64,000 nt of DNA from Oceanispirochaeta sp. (lineage in GTDB: Bacteria; Spirochaetota; Spirochaetia; DSM-2461): assembly GCA_963666275.2 (NCBI GenBank), contig CAXXOA010000002.1, forward strand, positions 1,184,001 through 1,248,000, written 5' to 3'. This document shows, one piece after another, positions 1-10,069 of this stretch (positions are counted from its first letter, which is position 1; the number at the start of each line of letters is the position of its first letter). The notes below the pieces were generated by a model. It was not told where the DNA came from and did not search any database. It saw nothing but the letters and a program-made list of their open reading frames with translations. The position numbers and the translations under genes are program-made.

Positions 1-1640
1 CCAAAAACTGTTCGATCATGTGGAAAGGGGTGAAAGTCAATATACTGGACACCCCCGGGCATGCCGACTTCGGCGGGGAAGTGGAACGGGCTCTGTCCAT
101 GGTGGACGGGGTAGTGCTGCTTGTGGACGCCTCTGAAGGCCCCCTGCCTCAGACTCGGTTTGTACTGACAAAAGCCCTGCAGGCCGGACTGGCTGTTGTG
201 GTGGTTATCAATAAAATAGACCGGGCCGATGCGAGGCCCGAGCAGGTTCTGAGCGAAGTTTACGACCTGCTGATCGATCTGGATGCCCATGAGGATCAGC
301 TGGAATGCCCGGTTCTGTTTGCCGACGGAAGAGCGGGAATCGCCAAGAAAGATCTGGCTGACGAGGTGGATAACCTGCATGTTCTGCTGGATACCATTGT
401 TGATGAGGTTCCGCCTCCCTCCTATAACGACGCCGAGCCCTTTCAGATGCTTGTAACAGACCTGTCCTATTCGGACTATCTGGGACGTCTGGCGATCGGT
501 AAGGTAGTCCACGGGACAGTCAAATCCCGGGATGCCCTGGTCTGTCTGAAGGAAGAGGGAAAGCAGATTCCCCTGAATGTATCGAAGCTTCAGGTTTACG
601 AAGGACCCGCTCTGGGAGAGACCGAAACAGCCGCTCCCGGTGAGATCGTTGTTCTGGCGGGTATAGAGAATGTCCATATCGGCGACACCATCTGTACCAA
701 AAGCTCTCCCAAGGCACTGCCCCGGATTACAGTGGACGAGCCTACTGTTGCCATGCGGTTTTCTCCCAACTCCTCACCCACTCTGGGACAGGAGGGAAAG
801 TTTGTTCAGTCCAGCAAAATCCGGGAACGCCTTGAAAAGGAAACCATGCTGAACGTGTCCATCAAGGTGGAGCAGATGACCGACAAGGAAGGGTTTATCG
901 TCAAGGGCCGGGGAGAATTTCAGATGGTTATTCTGATTGAAACCATGCGGAGGGAAGGATTCGAACTCTGTGTGGGTCGGCCCGAAGTGATTTTTCACTA
1001 CAAAGACGGAAAGAAACTGGAGCCCATTGAACACCTCTATGTGGACTGTGAAGAGACCTTTACAGGAATCGTGACAGAGAAACTTTCCAAACGGAAAGGC
1101 CGGATGCTGAGCTATGTGAACCACGAGCACGGACGGGTGCGCCTGGAGTTTTCGGTTCCCTCACGGGCTCTGATCGGATACAGGGACGAGTTCCTCACCG
1201 ATACGAGAGGAACAGGAATTATGAACTCCTATATTTCGGACTACGAAGAGTACCGGGGAGACTTTCCCGACCGGTTTACAGGATCCCTTGTGGCCGACCG
1301 GTCCGGCGAGGCCGTACCCTACGCCCTTTACAACCTGGAACCCCGGGGGCAGCTCTTTATTACTCCCGGCGACATTGTGTATGAGGGCATGATCGTGGGT
1401 GAACACAACCGGGATAACGACCTGAATGTGAACCCCTGTAAAACCAAAAAGCTCTCCAATGTGCGGGCCTCCGGAAAAGACGACGCTGTTGTCCTGACCC
1501 CTGTCCTGCCCATGACTCTGGAACGGGCCATCCAGTTTATCCGGGATGACGAACTGATGGAGGTAACTCCCAAGTCCATCCGTCTGCGGAAAGCTGTTCT
1601 GGCCGCTACTGAAAGAAAGGTTCTGGATAAGCGGAACTGA
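1..1640 (+). CDS. typA: Translational GTPase TypA/BipA, 5'-truncated by the window edge
   Basis: [17 protein letters not shown] (G3), NKID (G4), GRGEFQ, C-terminal [11 protein letters not shown]. Frame is open back to position 3 (KNCSIM…); G1 lies upstream of the window. Confidence 0.97.
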   Translation, partial: KNCSIMWKGVKVNILDTPGHADFGGEVERALSMVDGVVLLVDASEGPLPQTRFVLTKALQAGLAVVVVINKIDRADARPEQVLSEVYDLLIDLDAHEDQLECPVLFADGRAGIAKKDLADEVDNLHVLLDTIVDEVPPPSYNDAEPFQMLVTDLSYSDYLGRLAIGKVVHGTVKSRDALVCLKEEGKQIPLNVSKLQVYEGPALGETETAAPGEIVVLAGIENVHIGDTICTKSSPKALPRITVDEPTVAMRFSPNSSPTLGQEGKFVQSSKIRERLEKETMLNVSIKVEQMTDKEGFIVKGRGEFQMVILIETMRREGFELCVGRPEVIFHYKDGKKLEPIEHLYVDCEETFTGIVTEKLSKRKGRMLSYVNHEHGRVRLEFSVPSRALIGYRDEFLTDTRGTGIMNSYISDYEEYRGDFPDRFTGSLVADRSGEAVPYALYNLEPRGQLFITPGDIVYEGMIVGEHNRDNDLNVNPCKTKKLSNVRASGKDDAVVLTPVLPMTLERAIQFIRDDELMEVTPKSIRLRKAVLAATERKVLDKRN

Positions 1641-1746
1641 CAGGATCTGCCCGGGGAGAGGGCATAACAGCTCCTCCCCGGGCGGTCTGCCGGACTGCCG
1701 CTCTTTTCCAATTGATATTAATCTTATTTAAACTATAATATTAACC

Positions 1747-2187
1747 GTGTTTAAACTGAATGACTGTGTAACCTATATCGCCTCGAACGCCCTGAAGGAT
1801 ATCACCGAGAAATTCAATGATCTCCTGGTGGAGAAGGGCTCTACACGATCCCAGTGGATCGCCCTGTACTTCATTGCCAATCACAAGGGCATCAATCAGA
1901 CCGAACTGGCCGACAAGATGAATATAAAAACACCCACTCTGGTCAGGCTGATTGATAAACTGGAACAGGACGGGTTTATCTTCCGGCAGCAGGATCAGAC
2001 CAACCGGCGGATTATCCGTCTGGAGTGTACGCAACGGGGCTATGAGAAGAACCTCTCTCTGCTTCCCGTGGGGGAGACCTTCTCTCAGGACATAACCCGG
2101 GGGATTCCCGATGAAGAACTGGATGCCTTTGTGGCTGTTCTTTCCAAGCTCCTGGGGAATCTGAAAGAAATTGATAAAAAATTATAG
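1747..2187 (+). CDS. MarR family transcriptional regulator with an N-terminal Cys
   Basis: QTELADKMNIKTPTLVRLIDKLE…D.TNRR winged helix; GTG start. Confidence 0.9.
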   Translation: MFKLNDCVTYIASNALKDITEKFNDLLVEKGSTRSQWIALYFIANHKGINQTELADKMNIKTPTLVRLIDKLEQDGFIFRQQDQTNRRIIRLECTQRGYEKNLSLLPVGETFSQDITRGIPDEELDAFVAVLSKLLGNLKEIDKKL

Positions 2188-2194
2188 TTTCCCG

Positions 2195-2249
2195 TTGACA
2201 GCTCTTTTTTTTGACTCCATAATTAGCATGCTAATAATAAGCAAGCTAA
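2195..2249 (+). promoter_or_regulatory. Sigma70-type promoter with overlapping palindromic operator (probable MarR site)
   Basis: TTGACA (2195) -17 bp- CATAAT (2218); perfect palindrome ATTAGCATGCTAAT at 2222-2235 and a degenerate copy TAAGCAAGCTAA at 2238-2249. Confidence 0.7.
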
Positions 2250-2276
2250 CATAAACCGTGAAGATGGAGGAAGAAA

Positions 2277-2627
2277 ATGTCAAAACCCAGGGATCTGCTC
2301 AATGCTTTTATGGGAGGGCTGGAAGATCTTGGAAAAACCAATGAACCCAACCTGAATGCCTTTATGGGGCTCCTCGGCGCATCCTATGAGCCGGGAAAGA
2401 TGGATCTGAAAACAAAAGAGCTGATCAGCGTGGCCATAGGTGTCTACAACCGCTGCGAATACTGTATTGTGTTTCATGTGTATAAGGCTCTGGAGGCCGG
2501 TGCCAGCAGAGAAGAGATTATGGAAGCCGCCATGGTTTCCGTTGCCTTCGGCGGGGGCCCCACCATTGCCTATTCTGTGACCCTTATGAAAGATTCTATC
2601 GACGAATTTGAAAAAGACTTTTCCTAG
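2277..2627 (+). CDS. Carboxymuconolactone decarboxylase / AhpD-like protein with CxxC
   Basis: KTKELISVAI…RCEYCIVFH…A.EAGASREEIMEA motif; GGAGG RBS. Confidence 0.92.
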   Translation: MSKPRDLLNAFMGGLEDLGKTNEPNLNAFMGLLGASYEPGKMDLKTKELISVAIGVYNRCEYCIVFHVYKALEAGASREEIMEAAMVSVAFGGGPTIAYSVTLMKDSIDEFEKDFS

Positions 2628-2642
2628 GATTTTTCCTGTCAT

Positions 2643-2672
2643 AGACACCGGCCCGGCCGGTGTCTTTTTTTT
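2643..2672 (+). terminator. Intrinsic terminator between the CMD gene and lpdA
   Basis: AGACACCGG-N5-CCGGTGTCT stem followed by a T run. Confidence 0.75.
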
Positions 2673-2742
2673 GGGGCAGACAGGAATTCAATTCTGAATA
2701 CCCATCACTCATCAGATCATGATTTTCAAACAGGAGCGGAAC

Positions 2743-4452
2743 ATGCAGATAGAGATCATCCTCCATAAACTGAGCGGCCATGCCAAAGAGGGCACTGTGG
2801 GGGAAGTTGTAAAAAATCCGGGAGACCCCGTCACAGCGGGCGAAACCCTTATTCTAATAGAAACGGGCAAGGGGGTCGTCGAAGTCCCTGCGGAGGGAAC
2901 CGGTACGGTAGAAAGCATCCGGGTTAAAGCCGGAGAGAAGGTGAAGATCGGCCAGATTCTGGGAACCCTTTCGGGAGAGAAGGCTGCGTCGGCGGGCGCA
3001 CCGAAGAAGGAGGGATTCTCCTATTCCATAGGGCCGGCCAAACCGGTGGACCGGGAGCTGGAGTGCGATATCACCGTGATCGGAGGGGGCCCCGGGGGCT
3101 ATGTGGCGGCCATTCAGGCGGCAAAAATGGGGGCGAAAGTCATCCTTGTGGAAAAGGAGAGCCTGGGGGGAACCTGCCTCAACTGGGGCTGTATCCCCAC
3201 AAAAGCGCTGATCCGCTCGGCCGAGGTGTATCAGAATATCAAAAACGCCGAAAAGTTCGGTCTGGGGGCGGGCCACTTCCCCGCGGATATCCGGAAGATC
3301 GTCCACAGAAAGGATGAGGTTGTGAAACAGCTGGTGCAGGGGGTGGGATACCTGCTGGAACAGGACGGTGTGACCCTGCTCAAAGGTTTCGGAACCCTGG
3401 AGGACGGGAATACAGTCAAGGTGGCGGAGAGGCAGTACAACACCACTATAAAAACGGGAAAAACCATCCTGGCCACCGGGTCCTCCTCCTGTCTGCTGCC
3501 CATTCCGGGCATGGATTCGCTGAATGTGCTGACCAGCACCGAAGCCCTCTCTCTGGAGGAGCTTCCCCGGAAGATGGCCATCATCGGCGGCGGGATCATA
3601 GGCATGGAGTTTGCCTTCCTTTTCAGTAATCTGGGGGTGGAAGTGACGGTTTTCGAGTACTTCGATACGATCCTTACTGTCTTTGACGAGGACATTATTC
3701 AGACCGTGACAGCCTCGGCTTCGGAGCACGGGATCAACCTGATTACAGGGGCCAAGGTCAATCAGATTCTGGAAAATGAGAGCGGCGGCTGCATCCTCCA
3801 GTATGAGCTTCACAAAAAGGAGAAGTACGATCTTTTTGAAAAGGTCCTTGTGGCAGTGGGACGGCAGCCCTGCTATGACGGCCTGGATCTGGAGAAGAAC
3901 GGCATAGAACTGACCCCGGATAAAAAGGGAATCCAGGTGGATGAGACCCTGAAAACCTCCTGTGACAGCGTCTACGCTATCGGCGATATCACCAATAAGA
4001 TTCAGCTGGCCCATGTGGCCTCCCATCAGGGGGTGGTGGCGGCCCGGAATATCATGGGAGAGTCCTGCGCCATGGACTATCGCGTGGTACCCAGTGCGGT
4101 TTTTACCTTTCCCGAGTTTGCCACGGTGGGGATCTCCGAAAAGGATGCGGAAAAGCAGGGGCTCTCTGTCAGAACAGGGACCTTTCCCTTTGCGGCCAAC
4201 GGCAAGGCCCTGACCCTGGGAGAAAGCGAGGGTTTTGTAAAGCTCATCGAAGAGGAGGGGACCGGAGTGATCCTGGGCGGCGCCATTGTGGGCCCCCATG
4301 CGACCGACCTGATCGGGGAGATCACCCTGGCAGTGAAAAAAAGGCTGAAGAGCGAAGACATTGCCGAAACCATCCATCCCCATCCCACCTGCGGGGAGAG
4401 TATACACGAAGCTTCCCTGGCTCTGGGGCTCGGGTCGATCCATTTTGTCTGA
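2743..4452 (+). CDS. lpdA: Dihydrolipoamide dehydrogenase with fused N-terminal lipoyl domain
   Basis: Lipoyl domain (ETGKGVVEVPA), GGGPGGY FAD motif, GGTCLNWGCIP disulfide, GGGIIG NAD motif, HPHPTCGE. Start at ATG 2743 after CAGGAG. Confidence 0.93.
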   Translation: MQIEIILHKLSGHAKEGTVGEVVKNPGDPVTAGETLILIETGKGVVEVPAEGTGTVESIRVKAGEKVKIGQILGTLSGEKAASAGAPKKEGFSYSIGPAKPVDRELECDITVIGGGPGGYVAAIQAAKMGAKVILVEKESLGGTCLNWGCIPTKALIRSAEVYQNIKNAEKFGLGAGHFPADIRKIVHRKDEVVKQLVQGVGYLLEQDGVTLLKGFGTLEDGNTVKVAERQYNTTIKTGKTILATGSSSCLLPIPGMDSLNVLTSTEALSLEELPRKMAIIGGGIIGMEFAFLFSNLGVEVTVFEYFDTILTVFDEDIIQTVTASASEHGINLITGAKVNQILENESGGCILQYELHKKEKYDLFEKVLVAVGRQPCYDGLDLEKNGIELTPDKKGIQVDETLKTSCDSVYAIGDITNKIQLAHVASHQGVVAARNIMGESCAMDYRVVPSAVFTFPEFATVGISEKDAEKQGLSVRTGTFPFAANGKALTLGESEGFVKLIEEEGTGVILGGAIVGPHATDLIGEITLAVKKRLKSEDIAETIHPHPTCGESIHEASLALGLGSIHFV

Positions 4453-4533
4453 CACGCCCCTTTTCAGGCCCACGGTCCGCCTCTTTTCCTGTGCTGTATA
4501 ATAGGGGAAAGATATTTTCCGGGGAGGGCGTAT

Positions 4534-5403
4534 ATGAAACAGGCAGAACTGGTTCTTGACTGCAGGAATCAGCTGGGTGAGGGGATCCTCTGGCACGAGG
4601 GGGAAGAGCGTCTCTACTGGACCGATATACAGGAACGCCTCTTGTACCGGTGGGATCCGGAAACCCCCGGGGCCGAAACCTTTCCCATGCCCGAGAGGCT
4701 CTGCTCCCTTGCCTTCCGGAAGGACGGGGGACTCCTGCTGGCTCTGGAAAGGGGAATCGCCCTGTACGATCCGGCTTCGGGAAAACTGGAGCCCCTTGTC
4801 TCTGTCCGCACATCCGGTGATCCCGTAAGACTCAACGACGGCCGCTGCGACCGGCAGGGGCGGTTTCTGGTGGGTGAGTTCGACAGGGAGGGGAAAAGCC
4901 GGGGAAAGGCCTACCGTATTGATCCGGAGGGAAGCTGTACTGAACTCTTCGGCGGTTTGAGCAGCGCCAACAGTACCTGCTTCAGCCCCCGGGGGGACCG
5001 TCTCTACTACTCCTGTGCCGAGCAGAGGCAGATCTGGTCCTTTGATTATGACAGGGAAAGAGGGATCCCCTCAAAGAGGCAGCTGTTTCATGATTTTTCC
5101 GATCAGCCCGGCCTGCCCGACGGTTCTGTTACTGATTCGCAAGGGTTCCTCTGGAATGCCCAGTGGGGAGGCGGAAGGATCGTCCGGTTCTCCCCGGACG
5201 GCCTGGTGGATCAGGTGGTGGAGCTCCCTGTGAAAAACGTCACCAGCCTCTGCTTCGGAGGGAAAGATCTGAAAACCCTTTTTATCACAACCGCCAGGGA
5301 GGGACTCGGCTCCCGGGAGCTGTCCGGAGCCCCCCATTCAGGAAGCCTGTTCAGGGTCCGCACAGAGACCGCCGGTCTCAGGGAGTCCCGTTTTGCAGGA
5401 TAG
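4534..5403 (+). CDS. SMP-30/gluconolactonase/LRE family protein
   Basis: LGEG..W, RLNDGRCD..GR, PDG..D..G.LW.AQW, TSLCFGG..L..LFITTA. Confidence 0.93.
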   Translation: MKQAELVLDCRNQLGEGILWHEGEERLYWTDIQERLLYRWDPETPGAETFPMPERLCSLAFRKDGGLLLALERGIALYDPASGKLEPLVSVRTSGDPVRLNDGRCDRQGRFLVGEFDREGKSRGKAYRIDPEGSCTELFGGLSSANSTCFSPRGDRLYYSCAEQRQIWSFDYDRERGIPSKRQLFHDFSDQPGLPDGSVTDSQGFLWNAQWGGGRIVRFSPDGLVDQVVELPVKNVTSLCFGGKDLKTLFITTAREGLGSRELSGAPHSGSLFRVRTETAGLRESRFAG

Positions 5404-5533
5404 GCCTTCTGCTGCGGATCTCTGTTTCTTCGGTTTTTCCGCCGGGAAAACAGGTTTAATGGGGAAGGCTGAAAAAAAGAATTGCTTTTTTTTTCCGTAT
5501 CCTCAATGCTAAAGGTTTGAGGGTCCTTTATTT

Positions 5534-8302
5534 ATGAGTAAAATTTCAAGGAAAATGTATCTCCTCCTGGTCCTTTCCATAGGGCTGTCGGTAACCATCT
5601 CCTCATGGTTCATAACAGCCTATCTGCTGATCCAGTCAGAAAAGGACCAGAACCAGATCAATGAGATTCACCTTGAAGGGCTTGTGGACAGTATCGAGCA
5701 GTTTTTTATGCATGCTGTGACGCTGAACCACATGCTTGCCATCAATCCCACCCTGGCGGATACGGTGGTGAACTCTCCCGGCTGGGAGGAACGCAGCCGG
5801 ATCTATGGGGACAGGTACAATGTCCGGGAGGGTGTGGCTCCGGATTCGGGATTTCCTCTTCTGGCGGAAACCCATCTGGACTACAGCTTTATCGAACTCC
5901 TTTTTCTGCAGGATGCCCGGGGAGATCAGACCGCCCGGAGCTTCGGCCCTCTGGGGCGGCGGGAAGAGCGCTGGTGGTTTAAAAAGATCGCCGGTGAAAA
6001 GGACTACAGGCCTTTTATTTCCCACTCCTACTACTCTCTCACTGGGAAAAAGCCTGTGGCATCCATTTTCCATCCTGTTTTTCAGGGCCAGGACTTTGCG
6101 GGGATTATGGGAATGGATATCAATTTCAACCATCTTCAGAAGCTCACGGCATCCTATCTGAATTCCGATGAAATGTACGCCATCGTGGTGGATATGAACG
6201 GTGTGATCATTGCCCATCCTCAGGAGGAAAAGATCCTGGAGATCTATAATCTGGTGAAGATGACCCGCTCGATCCTGCCCGAAGATCACAGGGGAGAACT
6301 GAATGCGGAAGGGTATCTGGACCTGGAGGAGTTCCCCCTGGACTGGCCCGGAAATGTGGCAGACGCTGTGAGCGCCGCCATTGCGGGCTCGAAGGGTATG
6401 ATCCGGGATACGGAGCTCGAAGGGGAGCTGTGCAATATCTTCTATGCCCCGGTGATCCTGGAAACGGAGGGCAACAGGGATCAGAACTATGCGGTCCTGC
6501 TGGTGCGCAACAAAGGCGGTATGATCAGAACCAGAAATATCATACTGGTCTGGGTCTCCCTCTTTGCCATGCTGATCATCCTGATCCTGATTTTCATATT
6601 CAGCCGGGAGTACAACAGGAATATCCTGATTCCCCTGAACCGTCTGATCCGTTCCATGAGCGAAGAGTCGGAGGGCTCCGGTTTCAAAGAGATTGTTATG
6701 GACACGGGGGATGAGTTCTACATGCTGGCCGGGGCCTACAACGATCTGAGGAAGAAGCTGGACAGAGCGAATCTGAGCCTCCAGGAGAAACTCTCCATTC
6801 TGGAACAGAGTGAAGAGGGCTATAAGGCCTTTGCCCAGATAGGCCTCTCCCTGTCTACGGAGAAGGATATAGAGAAGCTGATGGAACTGATCCTGGTGAA
6901 TGCCCGGAGCCTGACCAACGCCGACGGGGGAACCCTCTATCTCTACAACCGGCAAGATCAGTGCCTGGACTTTTCCATCCTCTATACAGAGAGCATGGAC
7001 TTCCATATGGGAGGAACCAGCGGCAATCCTGTGACCCTCCCGCCTGTACCCCTTTATGATCACCAGGGAAAACCCAATTACGGGAATGTCTCCTCCTGTG
7101 CGGCTCTGAAGGGGGAGATTATCAATATCCCCGATGTCTATTCGGCTGAGAACTTCGATTTCCAGGGGACCCGGGTCTACGATGAAAAGAACGGCTACCG
7201 TTCCCGGTCCATGCTTGTGGTTCCCATGAAAAATATGGAGGACGATCTGATCGGGGTGATCCAGCTCATAAACGCCCGGTCGGTGGACAAGGCTCAGGTT
7301 CTCCCTTTTAACGACATAGACGAAAGCCTTCTGATCTCTCTGGCCTCCCAGGCGGCGGTGGCCCTGACAAATACGGAGCTTCATAAAAATCTGGTTCAGC
7401 TGTTCAATGCCTTTATCAAGAGCATCGCCTCGGCGATCGATCAGAAGTCGGCCTTTACGGGCGGCCATATCCGCCGGGTGGTAACTCTGACCATGATGAT
7501 TGCCGATGAGATCAACAGGGCCGACTCCGGGGATTTCGGGGATATCAGGTTTTCCGATGATGAGATGGAGGAGATCCGGATCTCCGCCTGGATGCACGAT
7601 ATAGGAAAGATCACCACCAGCGAATACGTCATGGACAAACAGACCAAGCTGCAGGGCTTTCTGGACGGGATCGATGTGATTGATACCCGCTACCGGACCC
7701 TGATGGGATCTTCCGGAGAAAACCTATCTATCCCGCCGGAAGAACTGGAAGAGGAACTGGACTTCCTGCATCGATGCAATATCCCCAGGGAGTATCTGAA
7801 TGATGAAGACCTGGAACGTCTGAAAGAGATCCGCCGGAGGAGCGAGACCCGGGAGGATGCAATTTCCCCGGGAATCACAGAAGAGGAATTTGCGGGTCTT
7901 TCCATCCGTAAAGGGTCTTTGACTCCCCAGGAGAGGGGCCATATGGAGGAGCATGCGGAAATGACAAGACGGCTCCTGCAGGAACTGCCCTTTCCGGAGC
8001 ATCTGAAAAACGTGCCCGACTTTGCCTCCATGCATCATGAAAAACTGAACGGTACGGGTTATCCCGACGGCCTGACAGAAGAGGAAATTCCCCTGCAGGC
8101 CCGGATCATCGCCGTGGCCGATATTTTCGAGGCCCTTACAGCCAGGGACAGACCCTACAGAACCCCCATCAGCTTTGACAGGGCTCTGGGGATTATGAAG
8201 AGCATGGTTGAATCCGGTCATATCGACGGAAAGATCCTGAACCTGATGATAGAAAGCGAACTTATTTACAGATACGCCGAGAAAGAATTGTCAGAGGATT
8301 GA
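5534..8302 (+). CDS. Membrane-anchored Cache-HAMP-GAF-HD-GYP cyclic dinucleotide phosphodiesterase
   Basis: Two TM segments around a Cache-like domain, HAMP (PL..L…DEF..LA..YN), GAF (ADGGTLYL, SMLVVPM), MHDIGK and HHEKLNGTGYPDGL, ADIFEALTA.DRPYR. Confidence 0.9.
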   Translation: MSKISRKMYLLLVLSIGLSVTISSWFITAYLLIQSEKDQNQINEIHLEGLVDSIEQFFMHAVTLNHMLAINPTLADTVVNSPGWEERSRIYGDRYNVREGVAPDSGFPLLAETHLDYSFIELLFLQDARGDQTARSFGPLGRREERWWFKKIAGEKDYRPFISHSYYSLTGKKPVASIFHPVFQGQDFAGIMGMDINFNHLQKLTASYLNSDEMYAIVVDMNGVIIAHPQEEKILEIYNLVKMTRSILPEDHRGELNAEGYLDLEEFPLDWPGNVADAVSAAIAGSKGMIRDTELEGELCNIFYAPVILETEGNRDQNYAVLLVRNKGGMIRTRNIILVWVSLFAMLIILILIFIFSREYNRNILIPLNRLIRSMSEESEGSGFKEIVMDTGDEFYMLAGAYNDLRKKLDRANLSLQEKLSILEQSEEGYKAFAQIGLSLSTEKDIEKLMELILVNARSLTNADGGTLYLYNRQDQCLDFSILYTESMDFHMGGTSGNPVTLPPVPLYDHQGKPNYGNVSSCAALKGEIINIPDVYSAENFDFQGTRVYDEKNGYRSRSMLVVPMKNMEDDLIGVIQLINARSVDKAQVLPFNDIDESLLISLASQAAVALTNTELHKNLVQLFNAFIKSIASAIDQKSAFTGGHIRRVVTLTMMIADEINRADSGDFGDIRFSDDEMEEIRISAWMHDIGKITTSEYVMDKQTKLQGFLDGIDVIDTRYRTLMGSSGENLSIPPEELEEELDFLHRCNIPREYLNDEDLERLKEIRRRSETREDAISPGITEEEFAGLSIRKGSLTPQERGHMEEHAEMTRRLLQELPFPEHLKNVPDFASMHHEKLNGTGYPDGLTEEEIPLQARIIAVADIFEALTARDRPYRTPISFDRALGIMKSMVESGHIDGKILNLMIESELIYRYAEKELSED

Positions 8303-8365
8303 ACCGCAATACATTTTTCTCTGGTATAATCGGAAAATCCAAAACAAAATTTCTAGGAGACCGCT

Positions 8366-8998
8366 ATGAAAGTGCTGCTTGTGAATGGAAGTCCTCACGA
8401 TAAAGGATCCACCTATACCGCCCTGGAGGAGATATCCCGCACTCTGGGAGAGGAAGGAGTGGACAGTGAAATATTCCAGCTGGGGCTGGATCCCCTTTCG
8501 GGATGCATCGACTGCAAAAAATGCGCCACCCTGGGTAACTGTGTCTTCAACGACAAGGTCAATGAGTTTCTGGAGATGGCTCCCTTTGCAGAGGGTTTTA
8601 TCTTCGGATCCCCTGTCCACTACGGATCCTGCTCGGGATCCATGACCTCCTTCATGGACAGAGTCTTTTTTTCGGATTTCATTTCGGGAACCAATCAGTT
8701 TATCCATAAACCCACTGCCGCCGTTGTCGCCGCCAGAAGGGCCGGAACCACCGCCGCCTTTGATCAGCTGAACAAATATTTTCACCTGGCCCAGATGCCC
8801 GTTGTCACCTCCCAGTACTGGAATATGGTCCACGGTGCCTCATCGCAAGAGGTTGCTGATGATCAGGAAGGCCTTCAGACCATGCGCGTCCTGGCCCGCA
8901 ATATGGCCTGGCTGCTCAAGTGCATCGAAGCGGGAAAACAGAGCGGTGTGGCCAAACCGGCCAGAGAAGAGCGGATCTTTACGAATTTTGTGAGGTGA
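8366..8998 (+). CDS. Iron-sulfur flavoprotein / NADPH-dependent FMN reductase (flavodoxin fold)
   Basis: NGSPH..GST, CIDCKKC.{5}C cluster motif, GSPVHY, RRAGTT. Confidence 0.9.
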   Translation: MKVLLVNGSPHDKGSTYTALEEISRTLGEEGVDSEIFQLGLDPLSGCIDCKKCATLGNCVFNDKVNEFLEMAPFAEGFIFGSPVHYGSCSGSMTSFMDRVFFSDFISGTNQFIHKPTAAVVAARRAGTTAAFDQLNKYFHLAQMPVVTSQYWNMVHGASSQEVADDQEGLQTMRVLARNMAWLLKCIEAGKQSGVAKPAREERIFTNFVR

Positions 8999-9591
8999 AC
9001 CCTCTTCCCCGGCCCCTCTCCCAGAGGGCGAGGGGGGTGTGGTTTTTATCGGGATCCCCCAGAACTCCTCTCCCTCTGGGAGAGGGGAATCAAAGGGGTG
9101 AGGGTTGGAATGGGCTGGCAGGTTAACGTGCAGGACCCACTCAGCTCCTGTTCAAATACTGCTTGATTGTGTTCGAGCTTCCTGGTTATAAACCCTCTCC
9201 CCCGGCCCCTCTCCCAGGGGGCGAGGGGTGTGTGGTTTTTATCGGGATCCCCCAGAACTCCTCTCCTTTTGGGCTGGTCGGAAGCAAGCTTCCTGCTCGC
9301 CTATGCAGCCGTAGGAGAGGGGAATCAAAGGGGTGAGGGTTGGAATGGGCTGGCAGGTTAACGTGCAGGACCCACTCAGCTCCTGTTCAAATACAGCATG
9401 ATTGTGTTCGAGCTTCCTGGTTATAAACCCTCTCCCCCGGCCCCTCTCCCAGGGGGCGAGGGGTGTGTGGTTTTTATCGGGATCCCCCAGAACTCCTCTC
9501 CTTTTGGGCTGGTCGGAAGCAAGCTTCCTGCTCGCCTATGCAGCCATAGGCGAGGGGAATCAAAGGGGTGAGGGTTGGAATGGGCTGGCAG
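8998..9591. repeat. Tandem array of three inverted-doublet palindromic repeat units (8998-9106, 9191-9341, 9426-9576); periods 193 and 235 bp
   Basis: Each unit is AACCCTCTCCCCCGGCCCCTCTCCCAG(A/G)GGGCGAGGGG…CTCCTCTCC…GGAGAGGGGAATCAAAGGGGTGAGGGTT, followed by GGAATGGGCTGGCAG. Confidence 0.95.
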
Positions 9592-9605
9592 ATGAATGTG
9601 TATAG

Positions 9606-10007
9606 TCATAACTCTGTGAGCATATTGATCTGTTGTAAGATCGTTTCCGGGTTGTAGAGAGCTACTTTGTTCGGGTATCTCAGAATTTTAAAACCTTCTG
9701 CTTTCAGAATGTCGTCTCTGACTCGATCCTTGCTCTTTTGTTCTTTAGTCGCATGGTATTCTCCATCAAGTTCTATGATCAGCTGTAATTTATGGCAGTA
9801 AAAATCAACTATATAAGGACCTATTTGGTGTTGTCTTCTGAACTTCAGACTCTTTTGTTTTCCAGCGCGCAGAAATTTCCATATATATTCTTCTGCCTCT
9901 GTTTGTTTGCTTCGTAAGTTCCGTGATGTATCCCGTAAGCCTGAATACTTTAATCCGCCTCGATAATGAAGGGAATTTCTCCCATCCGTATGGTCTTTCA
10001 TATCCAA
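9606..10007 (-). CDS. DUF559 family (Vsr-like, PD-(D/E)xK fold) endonuclease-domain protein
   Basis: R.LR..QTEAE..IW..LR…KFRRQHQIGPYIVDFYC..L.LIIELDGEYH…D..RD..L…GF.ILR..N; visibly more AT-rich than neighbouring genes. Confidence 0.92.
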   Translation of the reverse strand: MDMKDHTDGRNSLHYRGGLKYSGLRDTSRNLRSKQTEAEEYIWKFLRAGKQKSLKFRRQHQIGPYIVDFYCHKLQLIIELDGEYHATKEQKSKDRVRDDILKAEGFKILRYPNKVALYNPETILQQINMLTEL

Positions 10008-10069
10008 ATAAACGTTTGAAAATTAACCTTTGATTCAAAATCTTAAACATTTCTCAAGTCTTTTTATTT

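Noticed and set aside
2854..7597. Long antisense ORFs (2854-4596, 5636-7597; similar ones at 21954-23057, 30314-31510, 33647-34711)
   Set aside because: Shadow frames opposite well-supported genes; no recognisable motifs.
8920..9609. Short repeated ORFs (NPLPRPLSQGARG…GEGNQRGEG) and the similar ORF at 10255-10464
   Set aside because: Translations of the DNA repeat, without RBS or protein-like features.
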